DNA of 64,000 nt, taken from assembly GCA_903813345.2 (NCBI GenBank), contig CAIIXF020000001.1, forward strand, positions 28,520,001 through 28,584,000, read 5' to 3'. Below the pieces are notes generated by a model. The model did no database searches. It was not told where the DNA came from and saw nothing but the letters and a program-made list of their open reading frames with translations. Of this stretch, positions 1-12,385 are shown in pieces. This stretch comes from Owenia fusiformis (lineage: Eukaryota). Made by a program: the position numbers and the translations under genes. Position 1 is the stretch's first letter, and every line of letters starts with the position of its first letter.

Positions 1-3000
1 GGAGACATCACACAATCAACAGTTGTTGTTGAAACTACAAAAACAACAAGTACAACAAAGGAACTCATAAATGACACTGTAGATGCAAAAATTGACAACA
101 TTGAACCAGAAGAAAAGGAGATTACAGCAGATGTCCAACAGGAGCTTCTTTCCCAACAAAACGTAGTGGAGGTCAAAATGATTGAAGTTCAGCAAGAAAT
201 ATCTGAAATAAAAGAAGCAAAAGCAGGTGACATAAAAGATGAAACAGTTGATGTTGAAACTACAAAAACAACAATTACAACTAAGGAACTCATAAATGAC
301 ACTGTAGATGTGAAAATTGACAACATTGAACCAGAAGAAAAGGAGATTACAGCAGATGTCCAACAGGAGCTTCTTTCCCAACAAAATGTAGTGGAGGTCA
401 AAATGATTGAAGTTCAGCAAGAAATATCTGAAATAAAAGAAGCAAAAGCAGGTGACACAAAAGATGGAACAGTTGATGTTGAAACTACAAAAACAACAAT
501 TACAACTAAGGAACTCATAAATGACACTGTAGATGCGAAAACTGACAGCATTGAACCAGAAGAAAAGGAGATTACAGCAACTGTTCAACAGGAGCTTCTT
601 TCCCAACAAAACGTAGTGGAGGTCAAAATGATTGAAGTTCAGCAAGAAATATCTGAAATAAAAGAAGCAAAAGCAGGTGACATAAAAGATGGAACAGTTG
701 ATGTTGACACTACAAAAACAACAATTACAACTAAGAAACTCATAAATGACACTGTAGATGCGAAAATTGACAACATTGAACCAGAAGAAAAGGAGATTAC
801 ACCAGATGTTCAACAGGAGCTTCTTTCCCAACAAAACGTAGTAGAGGTCAAAATGATGGAAGTTCAGCAAGAAATATCTGAAATAAAAGAAGCAAAAGCA
901 GGTGACACAAAAGATGGAACAGTTGATGTTGAAACTACAAAAACAACAAGTACAACAAAGGAACTCATAAATGACACTGTAGATGCAAAAATTGACAACA
1001 TTGAACCAGAAGAAAAGGAGATTACAGCAGATGTCCAACAGGAGCTGCTTTCCCAACAAAACGGAGTGGAGGTCAACATGATTGAAGTTCAGCAAGAAAT
1101 ATCTGAAATAAAAGAAGCAAAAGCAGGTGACGTAAAGGATGGAACAGTTGATGTTGAAACTACAAAAACAACAATTTCAACTAAGGAACTCATAAATGAC
1201 ACTGTAGATGTGAAAATTGACAACATTGAACCAGAAGAAAAGGAGATTGCAGCAGATGTCCAACAGGAGCTTCTTTCCCAACAAAACGTAGTGGAGGTCA
1301 AAATGATTGAAGTTCAGCAAGAAATATCTGAAATAAAAGAAGCAAAAGCAGGTGACATAAAAGATGGAACACTTGATGTTGAAACTACAAAAACAACAAT
1401 TACAGCCAAGGAACTCATAAATGACACTGTAGATGCGAAAATTGACAACATTGAACCAGAAGAAAAGGAGATTACAGCAGATGTCCAACAGGAGCTTCTT
1501 TCCCAACAAAACGTAGTGGAGGTCAAAATGATTGAAGTTCAGCAAGAAATATCTGAAATAAAAGAAGCAAAAGCAGGTGACATAAAAGATGGAACAGATG
1601 ATGTTGAAACTACAAAAACAACAATTACAACTAAGGAACTCATAAATGACACTGTAGATGCGAAAATTGACAACATTGAACCAGAAGAAAAGGAGATTAC
1701 AGCAGATGTCCAACAGGAGCTTCTTTCCCAACAAAACGTAGTGGAGGTCAAAATGATGGAAGTTCAGCAAGAAATATCTGAAATAAACGAAGCAAAAGCA
1801 GGTGACATAAAAGATGGAACAGATGATGTTGAAACTACAAAAACAACAATTACAACTAAGGAACTCATAAATGACACTGTAGATGCGAAAATTGACAACA
1901 TTGAACCAGAAGAAAAGGAGATTACAGCAGATGTTCAACAGGAGCTTCTTTCCCAACAAAACGTAGTGGAGGTCAAAATGATGGAATTTCGGCAAGAAAT
2001 ATCTGATATAAAAGAAGCAAAAGCAGGTGACATAAAAGATGTCAATAATACCGATCAGGAAAAGTCAGAAACAGAAATAATTTCTAGTACAACTGCCGTT
2101 ACCCGACTAAGTGAGGAAGACAAGGATTTAATGAAGAAAGTTATGGGAGATCTAATTGGTGAGGACGATGAGGAAACACAAACCATCAAGGGAATAAAAA
2201 AAGAAAATGTCACAAAAGAAACGATTACAATTACAACATCAGAAGTTACTCAGACAAATGATGACGACAATGAACTTATGAAAGAGGTCATGGATGACCT
2301 TATCAACAAAACTGATGCATCTGAAGAAAAAGCGCAAATAGACGAGCAAACAAAAGTAGAAAGACAAGAAGATTCTACATTAACTAAGACTACCACTACA
2401 ACGGTAATAACAACCGAAGTTACAGAGACAACTTCTGATCAAACAGAGCAACTCAACATTGCGCCAGAGGTTGAGATCACACCTACAACAGCTACAGACC
2501 TAAGCGGGACAGTCATAACAACAACAATGACAACACTACACAGCAAAGACCGCATCGAGGCTGAGCAGTCGGAAAAAAATATGAATAAAGAAGACGAAGC
2601 TTTAATGAAGGAGGTAATGGAAGATCTTCTTGATGATGAAGATCAAGTGAAAGAATCGACACCAGAGCTGCAACAACAAATGTCAATGGATGAGATTATA
2701 AAATACGAAGTTACGGATGTAGCCTCGGCACCAAAAGCATCAGAGGTAAATGATGTTCAAGAAATTAGTTCAGTCAGTACAGTCACTACAACGACAATAA
2801 CAACCACAAAAACACTGATTGATGATACAGGTTTCCAACAGCAAGAATCAATGGAAGACGACGTCGTTATTGAATATGATGTGAGTGAGACTCAAAACGT
2901 AGTAATTGAACAATTAACGTCCGAGGCATCACCTACGGTAGAGAGCGTCCCCTACGTTCAACAAGAGTCCACTGAGGAAGACACAGTCATCAAATATGAT

Positions 3001-5833
3001 GTCGAGATTTCCAAAGCTGAAGGCGCTAGCTCTGAAAGCATTGAATCTTCTATTGAAAGCTCTGAAACCTATATAAGCTCAGAAGGGATTGGGGAAAAGG
3101 TCTATGTTGAAAGCCCAGACAATTCCATAAGCTCAGATGGGGTTGAGGAGAAAGTCACCACCAAAACAACGTTTACCACAACAACTTCTTCTACCACAGT
3201 CAATACAACGGGTAAATAAAACAGCTCCTAGAAATGATAAAATCCGAAACCTTATAAAATCATTTTACGGTTGTCGTTTGTGCATATAGTTGGGAACATA
3301 ACTGATTTAATGTTTGCTTTTTCTGTGTGTTTAGATAGATCTCTATACCTAGCATGTCTTTGCACTGTCATACCTCAAACTCACAATGCGTTTTAGGAAG
3401 TAGACTAAGCCCTTTAATTAGATAGATATTATTCACCTCCTCTTCACGTTGCCATATGTATTTCATAGTGTGACTTAATGTTACTATGAAAACACAAGCA
3501 TTTTGACTCTGTTGTTGAAGAAACTGAAATGTGATAATTTGAGAATCTGCATTATTCAATATATTCCCCCAAGTTTTTATTTGTTTTCAGTTAGAAATTC
3601 GAACTGTGCTTGTAGTTCTTTTGTCTTGTGTATGTAGTACATTTAGACCATTCTTTGGAATCCCCTAATCATAACCAATAAATTAATGTCATAACAAAAT
3701 GCCTAGTAATGTACTAAATCAACAATTACAACATAGAATTGATCCATCAATGATAAACATGCTTTCCATCAGTACAGGGTGGTCCAAAAAAATGGGACAC
3801 TCGTATTTCAAAAATAGATATTGATTTTCATGATGAAAACATATCATATTATATACCAGTGGATAGGGAATTTACTTATCTTTAATTTGGTATATCATCA
3901 GTTCAAATTTATTATAATGTCTGTCAACCAGCGTCCATAATATAAATGATGTCATTTTCATTTTAAAACGGATTTTCCAAAACTTGCAAAAACCATGAAC
4001 CCCTACATTTACTCAGTCCCTTATTAAGGATAGACTTGTTGAGTTGTGGAATTCATTGTCTCAACTGAATTTCAATGATGTTTTTGACCAGATAAGGCCA
4101 AATTTGAGGGCTATAATTGATCAAAATGGTGGACATATTGAATGTCTGTTTGTGTACATAAAGTTGACAAAAAACTTGTTTTTTTGCAAATTTTGGAAAA
4201 TCCGTTTTGAAACTAAAATGACGTCATTTATATAACAGACGCTGGTTGGCAGATATTACAATAAATTTGAACTTATGATATACCAAATTGAAGATAAGTA
4301 CATTTCCTATCCACTGGTATATAATATGACATGTTTTCATCAAGAAAATCAATATTTACTTTTGAAATACGAGTGTCCCATTTTTTTTTGAACCACCCTG
4401 TAGATTGCTGAGCTTGGCTCTACCCATGCTTAAGCCATGCCAATTTTGACATTTTTAATCAACGTACTCAAATGTGAAGGTTTAATGCATTGCCATCGAA
4501 AGGACTGAATACAAAGTAAAGGGCATACTCATACGTAGATATAAGTACTTCTATGAATCAGTTGGCCCTTTATTGTTTTAATTAATTCATTATTTCATGC
4601 GATTAAACGGAGCTATTTGTGCATTTCATATCAGCTGCCTGAAAACAATAATGTTTGTGCATCAAAGCAAAAGCTATTTGCTGAAATGGCCTCTACTAGC
4701 ATCTCATATTATATTTTTGCTTGTGAATTTTGCATTTGAACCATCACCACCCTCTCTTGCAACAGGAACTTGCTCAATTTGCCGGTGATCAGTTATGTCC
4801 TCAACAATGCCCATGATTATCAATTTTATACTATTGTGCCTCGAGTCGCGATACTATGCAATAATAATGGAACAAATATTATGATAACTTACTTGTAAAG
4901 CAAGAAGACTTACAAATAGTAATCCAAGCACTTGCCAATGTTATTTGCAGACCATTGGTCGTATTGACAGAACCTTTGGAAATTGATATGAATTTAAATC
5001 GTTTTCGATACCGTTGGATATTGGTCATTGTTATTGTTGTTGTGATACTTTTTGAGCTTTCTCTTTTTATTTGCATCTATATATAAGCCGCATTTATATC
5101 ATATAATTAATTACGTAATTTTATTATTATATTCTTTGGGAGCTTATATTTTCACAACGATTGCTCAACTAATTTCATTTCATTTACTACTTTTCATCTT
5201 ATTTGATCTCATTTTCTTACATTCCTCTGTGTATAGGTGGAAAGGTGCAATACGCAATGCACTACTGGCCCGAGGATGAGAACAGGACTCTTGCAATTCT
5301 TGGAGACATCCCGGAACTAGGGGCCTGGGACGCTAGCAAAGCAGTCCTTGCAGAGGAATATAAGAACAGCGGTTGGTGGACCGTCAATCTCAGCGAGAAA
5401 GGTTTGTTCTTTGATTCGTTGGATGAACTACTGGTTTTGGATAGTTTGTATCAGTATATATATTTAGCATTCTGATACTCATACCATCTTTCTGTTTCAC
5501 CTGAGGGCTGAGAAGAAATGAGATGTCATGGTTCTTCATAGATATTTAGTTATATGCTAGTTGTTAGGCGTTTCATTTTCTGAAGAAAACTATCCATCTA
5601 ATTTAATTTCTTTTATGTACCTGGCACGTTATGTAACTCCGTGTATAATGATTGTCTTCTTTTCAGTGCCAGCTGGTAAGAACTTTGAATGGAAGTGGGT
5701 GGTCGTAGACAAGAACCGACCCCGGGTGCTACGGTGGGAGATCGAGTCGGGTGGCAAGAACCGAGTGGGCAAATTGGGCACCGAAGGCGCTGAGTTGTGG
5801 TTCCCGTGGAAGGACTGGTCAAACACTGTCTAA
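1..5833 (+). CDS. Giant acidic, Thr-rich repeat protein with C-terminal CBM20 (STBD1/genethonin-like) domain; 5'-truncated. Exons <1-3211, 5237-5401, 5667-5833
   Basis: Frame is open from base 1. Phase-1 junctions are consistent: ACG G|gtaaat(3212)..tatag|GT GGA(5237), and AAA G|gtttg(5402)..tttcag|TG CCA(5667). The spliced C-terminus VQYAMHY..ILGDIPELGAWD..SGWW..PAGKNFEWKWVVV..RWE..NR..W carries the CBM20 signature. AATAAA at 6552. Extra exons between 3212 and 5236 are not excluded. Confidence 0.85.
20..2040 (+). repeat. Coding tandem repeat, 9 x 225 bp (75 aa)
   Basis: The VDVETTKTTITTKELINDTVDAKIDNIEPEEKEITADVQQELLSQQNVVEVKMIEVQQEISEIKEAKAGDIKDGT unit recurs every 225 nt with few substitutions and no indels. 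Confidence 0.97.
3775..4400. mobile_element. Tc1/mariner-derived non-autonomous element with ~215-bp TIRs and a transposase C-terminal remnant
   Basis: TA|CAGGGTGGTCCAAAA...TTTTGAACCACCCTG|TA with long inverted arms. The spacer encodes ...RPNLRAIIDQNGGHIE, resembling the C-terminus of Tc1/mariner transposases. Confidence 0.88.
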
Positions 5834-6864
5834 ACTAGACAGTCAATATAGCATCCTTCCTTCCAACAGGCTGTCTAAGGAGCACGTGCAAATATGCTCT
5901 TAAAGGAGGGAGAGGTGCAATGATAGGACTTATTCCATCAGTTTATTTTTTAACTTCATTTTTTTATGAAATGGTGATATCATACTAGGCTAGTATGGAC
6001 ACAGGGACCAGTATGAACATGTGATTATGGCATTAGAGTGCGGTCTTCAGTATATCAGCTATACTGGAAATATTGTGTTTAAGTTGCTCATCATTTCTAA
6101 TAGTATTAAATTCAATGAATTATTCAGACCATTAGCAATTTATAATTCTTGTTAAAACTAGTATCTATAGCTCGTATCAAATGTACATAATTAAAGATAT
6201 TTTTAGTGGCTCCAAGCAAGTATTATTTTAACCAGTACATGTAACACAACAGCTTGTATGTTATCATATGTTTTATGTTATTGAAGAAATGTATTTGAAT
6301 AGCTTTCCCGGTATAATCAAAATTGTGGTTCATGTGAGTCTAATTAAAGGTGAAGAGAGTTATGTAATTTAATATGTACGAAAAGAGGATCGGAATTTCT
6401 TGATTTAATTAATGTAGTGGCAACTGCTGAATTATAGATATATTTTACATGAGAACATACATAGCAGGGGACGGAACGGTCATTATAACTTTTAACATAA
6501 ATTGGCGATGATGTTGTCTCTTGTTCCTCTAAACGGTTGAATTGATATTAAAATAAATACATTTAAAGTTAACAAAGAATTCTCTGTTGGTACTTATCTT
6601 AAAAGTTCGTTACGGACATTGAGCAAGAATAAAAGATCTGATAAGAAAACCAGTAAAGTGATATTACTTATTTTTCTTAGAAACGTATTACAAAATCATG
6701 GCCAATCATATTTACATTATTCAGAGAATGTGTCAGGATATGGTGTCTCTTTTGATATCACTCTATTATAAGTAAAAGAATCATAAAAAGGGATTTCTGC
6801 TATTATATTTCTGATTACTTTGTACAGCCGTTTGTAAAGCCGTTCAGTTTCAACCAACATTTAA

Positions 6865-8597
6865 GGCTTTGTATAAAAAACCTCCTACCCACGTACCCTC
6901 GTACCCACGTACGTGGGTCCTGACCCAGTCTTTAAAGAGTTAAATCTTTAACATTTTTTAAACATTATTCTATCTCAATGTATGCTTAATTATGGATGAA
7001 TTTATGTACCCATATGCCTTTATTTCTAGATCGGACATCTGTCTCGTCATAAAATAAAGCCGGTGTGAAAGAAATGATGGTCCCCCAGGGATTATGGTCC
7101 CCTTTCTTAACGGCCCTTACTGGCCCTGATTGCGTATAAGATAATGAGGGAAAACGTTGTATTGAGGTCACTATATAAATCAATGGAGAGTGGGACCATA
7201 ATTTGATAGGACCTCCTACCCTTTTACACCGGCATTGCATAATGTTCATTTGAGCTATTTGAGTGTTGTTTTTGATATATCGAAGCGATTTTTTGTTGAT
7301 CGGGCAGTCTTACAGTGTACAACCAATCTATTGCTTGGCGCAAATTGGCCACATGCGGCATGTGTTGTAAAGTGCTGTAGTTTTTGACTCCATGAGCAGA
7401 ATATGGTCAAACTTTCACAACAAAATTCACATTGAATGACCTGAATGATTCTGGATTGACGAAGTTATTCAACTTTTCATCGGTCCTGTTTTTTAACACC
7501 CTGTAGTTTCGATTTTTATCACATATACTTTTTATTCTTTCAAACGATATTACAAGTATTCATTGTTTGCACGACAGATTTGAACTATACGTGTAATTTG
7601 TCTTATGTCTCTTATTTAATTTAACATCAGAATTGGAGATACAAAGTGATAGAGTGATCAATTCACACGATCTCAAGGAATAATAAAGGCTGCATTTCTG
7701 TTTAACCGTGGCGCAATTGAATAACGAAATATTTGAAAAGTAGAAGGATTCGCTATATTCGTTTTTAATCGCTTTTTGGCACAATTTAAGGATAATTGTG
7801 CGCACTAGTTCAGTGAATCATTTAGATGGAATTAAAAGTTAGAGTTGACAAACTTATGCAGGGGAGTGTAAGTTTGGTTTTGTAAACTTCGACATTATTC
7901 ATGGCCGTTTGATCCATAATTAGGTAATATGAAGAGTAGAGTTTTATTTTGACAATGATTTGATGTAAAACTGGTTTGAATGATAAAAGTTCAGCTTTGT
8001 AGTTTCTAGCTTTTTGCGCGTAAAACGTGAATACAATGGACAACAACGACACCAAATCTTTGACTAACATACGTTAATAACGTATAATATTCGTAAGAAT
8101 GAATTCTAATAACATTTGAAATAAACATCTAATAAAATGTGGTGAATTTAATTGGTTGGAAACTCTAAGAAATATATTTTAAAAAAGATGTCAACTTTTG
8201 GACAAGGGTAAACTTCCCGGGACATTTACAATCTGCATGAGGTAACAGGAGGCACGGATTGCACTGAACGAAGGCTAGGAGATTGCTAATCAGCACTGAT
8301 GTGTTATACAGGTAAGACTGCCCGATCAACAAAAAACATTTCGACATATCAAAAACATAAATCAAATAGCTCAAAAATAATGAACATTTATGCAATTCCG
8401 GCTTTATTTTATTTTACTAGAGAGATGTCAGACCTATAAATAAAGGCATATGTATGCATAAATTCATCTATAATTCAGGATAAACTGAGATTCAATAATG
8501 TTTTAAACATTTAAAAATTTAACTCTTTAAAGACTGGGTCAGGACCCACGTACGTGGGTACGAGGGTACGTGGGTAGGAGGTTTTTTATACAAAGCC
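6865..8597. mobile_element. Non-autonomous Mutator(MULE)-like element, 81-bp TIRs, 9-bp TSD
   Basis: GGCTTTGTATAAAAAACC...TTAAAT (6865-6945) is inverted at 8517-8597. AACATTTAA flanks both ends (6856-6864, 8598-8606). No long internal ORF. Confidence 0.88.
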
Positions 8598-9071
8598 AAC
8601 ATTTAAGTATAGATGAAATCAAGTGAATTGAAGAAAAAAGATGTTGATATCATTATAAATATAACAATGGTTATTCAATAGAATTTTATTTAAATCTGGT
8701 TAGTATTGTCCCTCAAACAAAAACTTCAAAATACACTAATCCAAATTCAATTTCACGATCAAAGTTTTGTCTGAATGAAAATATAATGGATTTAACTACA
8801 TTGACAAACATAAATCTGTCACAGAAACTTTAATCCACAATGGGCATTCTTGAGATCATATAACATTGGTTTATCCACTAATAACGCAATGAGCTGTGGT
8901 ATCAATAGAGACGCCGTAATACACAGAAAGCAAAGAAACAACTTGAACAGGAAACATCTAGACCGAGAAGACACAATCAAAGGAAAGCATGAACGATTAA
9001 TAACTTTCCAAATAAGAGGAGGTGTAGGTCATAAACAAGAGTAATTGTCCATTCAAATAAGGAACCCAATC

Positions 9072-9965
9072 ATGCCGACGACGCCAGCAACAACAACTCT
9101 GCTCCTACCAAAGACACGGAGCTACCATGCGAAGAGCGTCCGACCAGACGCCAAAGTGGGCATGCACCTGAACCTTCATAAAAACATCGACAAACGCTTC
9201 AGGCCAACGTATGTAACGATAGATTATAAAAATGGACCAGAGAGTTTGGAGTTGATTGATATCGTATTGGCACGGCAGAGGCCATTTCTAAGGAGCTTCA
9301 GTGGAAGAAGGATGTACTCTGCGGGTCAGGTTTACACTCATGTTGACCACATAGCGCAGTCCGACCCATATAGGATAGCCGAGTCTAAAGGCTTCATGAT
9401 AGAAGAAAGAGAAGCACCTGGTGTACCACGACTAATTAAGAAAACCCCTGATGAAGTTGATGCCATTATAGATAGGATAACTAAGTTCGACCCTCGCAAA
9501 CACCCGGCCGATTCCCGGGGAAGATGTGGACGGTTTACTCCAGCCCAAGAGGATAGAGACCAGCGACCCACAAATAAATACTCCAATGATGACGTGAAAG
9601 CTATTGTTGAACGTTTATCAAAATTTGACCCTGAGAAAGTCCCTGAATCAAAGGGGCCAATCCGAGGAACGCCTACAAAGATGGATCTTCCCATTATCTA
9701 CAAAAAGAACTACACAGAGGATGAAGTACATGCCATAATTGACAGACTTATTAAATACGATCCTAGTAAGTGGCCTCCAGAATCACGAGGTAAATCTCCA
9801 ACCTTCCTACAGGAGGTCACAAAACAGAAGATGACAACTATCAAGAAATGTAAACCGTTTGAAGTTGAGGAGATTGTCGATAGACTGATGCAGTTTAACC
9901 CACAGAAATGGCCACCGGAGTCCAAGAGATTCAATCCAAATCGATCAACAACAGTTTGCTTCTGA
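9072..9965 (+). CDS. Intronless basic protein (297 aa) with five ~28-aa repeats, unknown function
   Basis: ATC ATG CCG start and an uninterrupted ORF. Repeats such as TPDEVDAIIDRITKFDPRKHPADSRG and YTEDEVHAIIDRLIKYDPSKWPPESRG are conserved in protein but diverged in DNA. AATAAA near 10529. Confidence 0.85.
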   Translation: MPTTPATTTLLLPKTRSYHAKSVRPDAKVGMHLNLHKNIDKRFRPTYVTIDYKNGPESLELIDIVLARQRPFLRSFSGRRMYSAGQVYTHVDHIAQSDPYRIAESKGFMIEEREAPGVPRLIKKTPDEVDAIIDRITKFDPRKHPADSRGRCGRFTPAQEDRDQRPTNKYSNDDVKAIVERLSKFDPEKVPESKGPIRGTPTKMDLPIIYKKNYTEDEVHAIIDRLIKYDPSKWPPESRGKSPTFLQEVTKQKMTTIKKCKPFEVEEIVDRLMQFNPQKWPPESKRFNPNRSTTVCF

Positions 9966-12385
9966 ATTACAATGACCTGCTTTAACATATGAAGCCCTGT
10001 CAGCATAGTGAACTACAAGGTGGACTCTTAAGGACTTGCCGTTCACCATATGGTAACTTTTAAGTATATATGTAGCTTGCAAAGTCCAGTACAACTAAAA
10101 AAAAATTATTTGTAGACTACAGAGCGATTTTTTATTTAGGTTTCGTATCAAAAATTAAGTTGGAGCAATTTTTCAAAAAAGGGGCCAATCTATTTCTAAA
10201 CATGTGTCCCTCTGGTTTCTTGATAACCTCATGCAGTAACCCAAAAGGGGTTTATTAGATGGAAACAGGAAAACATAAAAGAGCATTAAAGTGAACCAAT
10301 CCATTTAAATTTTGTAATATACCACGAAGTAATGAATGAACAATTACATAGAAAGATGAAATGGAAAATACAGTCGAACAAACTATTTTTTGAAACTATA
10401 CAAAATATATTTCACCATAATTGCAATGGTATTTATAGCAATCACCATTTTGACATCAAATTATTAACAGAGTTATTATAACCATGATTTATGGGTATTG
10501 AACAATTGTATTTGTGAATGTACTATGAAATAAAAGTGGAATGAAATATCAGAGTCTTAGATACCAATGATCGGTCGGAGATGATCATGTAAATTGATTG
10601 TGTTTTAACAATCTAAAATACCTTTAAAATACACTTCAATAGCACTATCCAATTACATGCTGTCCAGTATTTATTTGAAAGTCTAGCTCTGATCCTAAAA
10701 TTCCCCATTGACCAGTTTGAAAATACTTTGAAAATGGGTATGGGCCTTTATCAATTTGAACTTGTCATTCGGACTACAAAATTAGGAATTTTAGTTTTCA
10801 TATTTGCATGAAAGATTTCTATCAAAGCCTATGATGGTGAAAAATGCAGATTGTTTTGCTTTTAAAGGGGTATTTTAGGGTAAGAGTTAGAGAGTATACT
10901 ACATTAGAAATACCATGCGCCATCTTTATAAATATAGAAAGAACAGTCAATAATATTCCTTTAGTTCTATATAATAGAAAAGCAAATCCACTCAATTCTT
11001 ATGCCGAGGGAAGATATCACACTGAAATATTGACTCAACCCACATACAATCTTGCCCAAGGAGTTAATTACCTGTTATATTGCATGATTAATATAAAACC
11101 ATTCTAAAATATTTGTAATTTTATTATGCTTTATCGATTTTCTTAACATTTGTGCTGTTTATAAGATGTCATTGTTATATTTTATTACAGTACAGTTTTA
11201 CAGTATTGTTTTCATCAAAAATCTTTAATTTCATACCAACAGAATAATAATTTGTGCATTATCATAATGTAATCACATGTACATACACTGTATGTATATT
11301 GTAAGTTATATATGGAAAAATATATTTTACTGCACTGAATATACTATGTAGTGATTTATGTACATTTTTCATTTTATGAGGTATCATTCTGTATTCTATA
11401 CTCCAGGCACATTCTGTAAGCATTTTAAGTATTGCCTTGTAACATGTTAAAATATGCTCAAGCTTTTCAAATGGGCTACAAAAGAACAACTGAATAACAT
11501 TTACAAAACAGTGAAAATGCTCTTCAGATTAAATACTTCTTTTAACCCCTAAATGTGTCTTTTTGGTTAAGATATAACCAACTTTAGCAAACTTTCAACT
11601 TACAACATCCAAAATTTAATTTGTAATTCAATAAATGCCATTCTTCACACTCAAACGGATATACTTGAAATAAACATGTTAAAGAATATATTATTATTTG
11701 AAATGGTCCCTTATGATACCAAATCGAACCATTAAGTCCATTATCACCTTCAGTCAGCCTTTGGCCATTTTAAATGGCTAATATATCTCATCAATTGGAC
11801 TTTAAATCAGAATTATTTGACTGATTCCTTTTTATTGACATCATATGGTTAGATTGTCATGTAGCGTTTTAGATTCAATCACTGGTATTGTTCTTTTGTT
11901 CGGGTTTCCTACTCCAAAAAATTACTTAATTTCTTCAAATAGTGTTACTCCTTTCTTCATAAGCATTTTAGATATTTCAATGTTTTTTTCAATTTTAAAT
12001 ACTTTTGGCACTCTCACACTATTTATAAAGTTAAAAAATATGATAGCAATGTGCAAGATCAGTTCTTTTGGTGAAAATCTGTTGTAATAAGTCCCACCTC
12101 CTCTGCATTTTGGAATTATGATAGTCATTCAGTATAGCTGTATATACATTTTGTGCAAAATGTCCTCAATGCTGTAAATTCCTGGTGTTAATGTTCAGCT
12201 CTTAAAGTGCTCAAAATATAATATTCGGCCACCCTTTATACAAAAAGTCAAGCTCTAGTATTTGAAGTCCTATGTACAATATCTCAAAATCTTTTGGCCA
12301 GGTCATCTGAACAAGCATGGTGACCTATGCATCAGAGGTCCTCCATATATTAATTCTCATCACATGTTTTAAAGTCCTCCCATCT

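Noticed and set aside
16-1995. Long minus-strand Cys/Phe-rich ORFs (359 aa, 272 aa) and 70-aa ORFs
   Set aside because: They are antisense shadows of the 225-bp coding repeat.
9338-10006. Minus-strand ORFs over the 9072 gene
   Set aside because: Antisense shadows; the protein-level repeat conservation is on the + strand.
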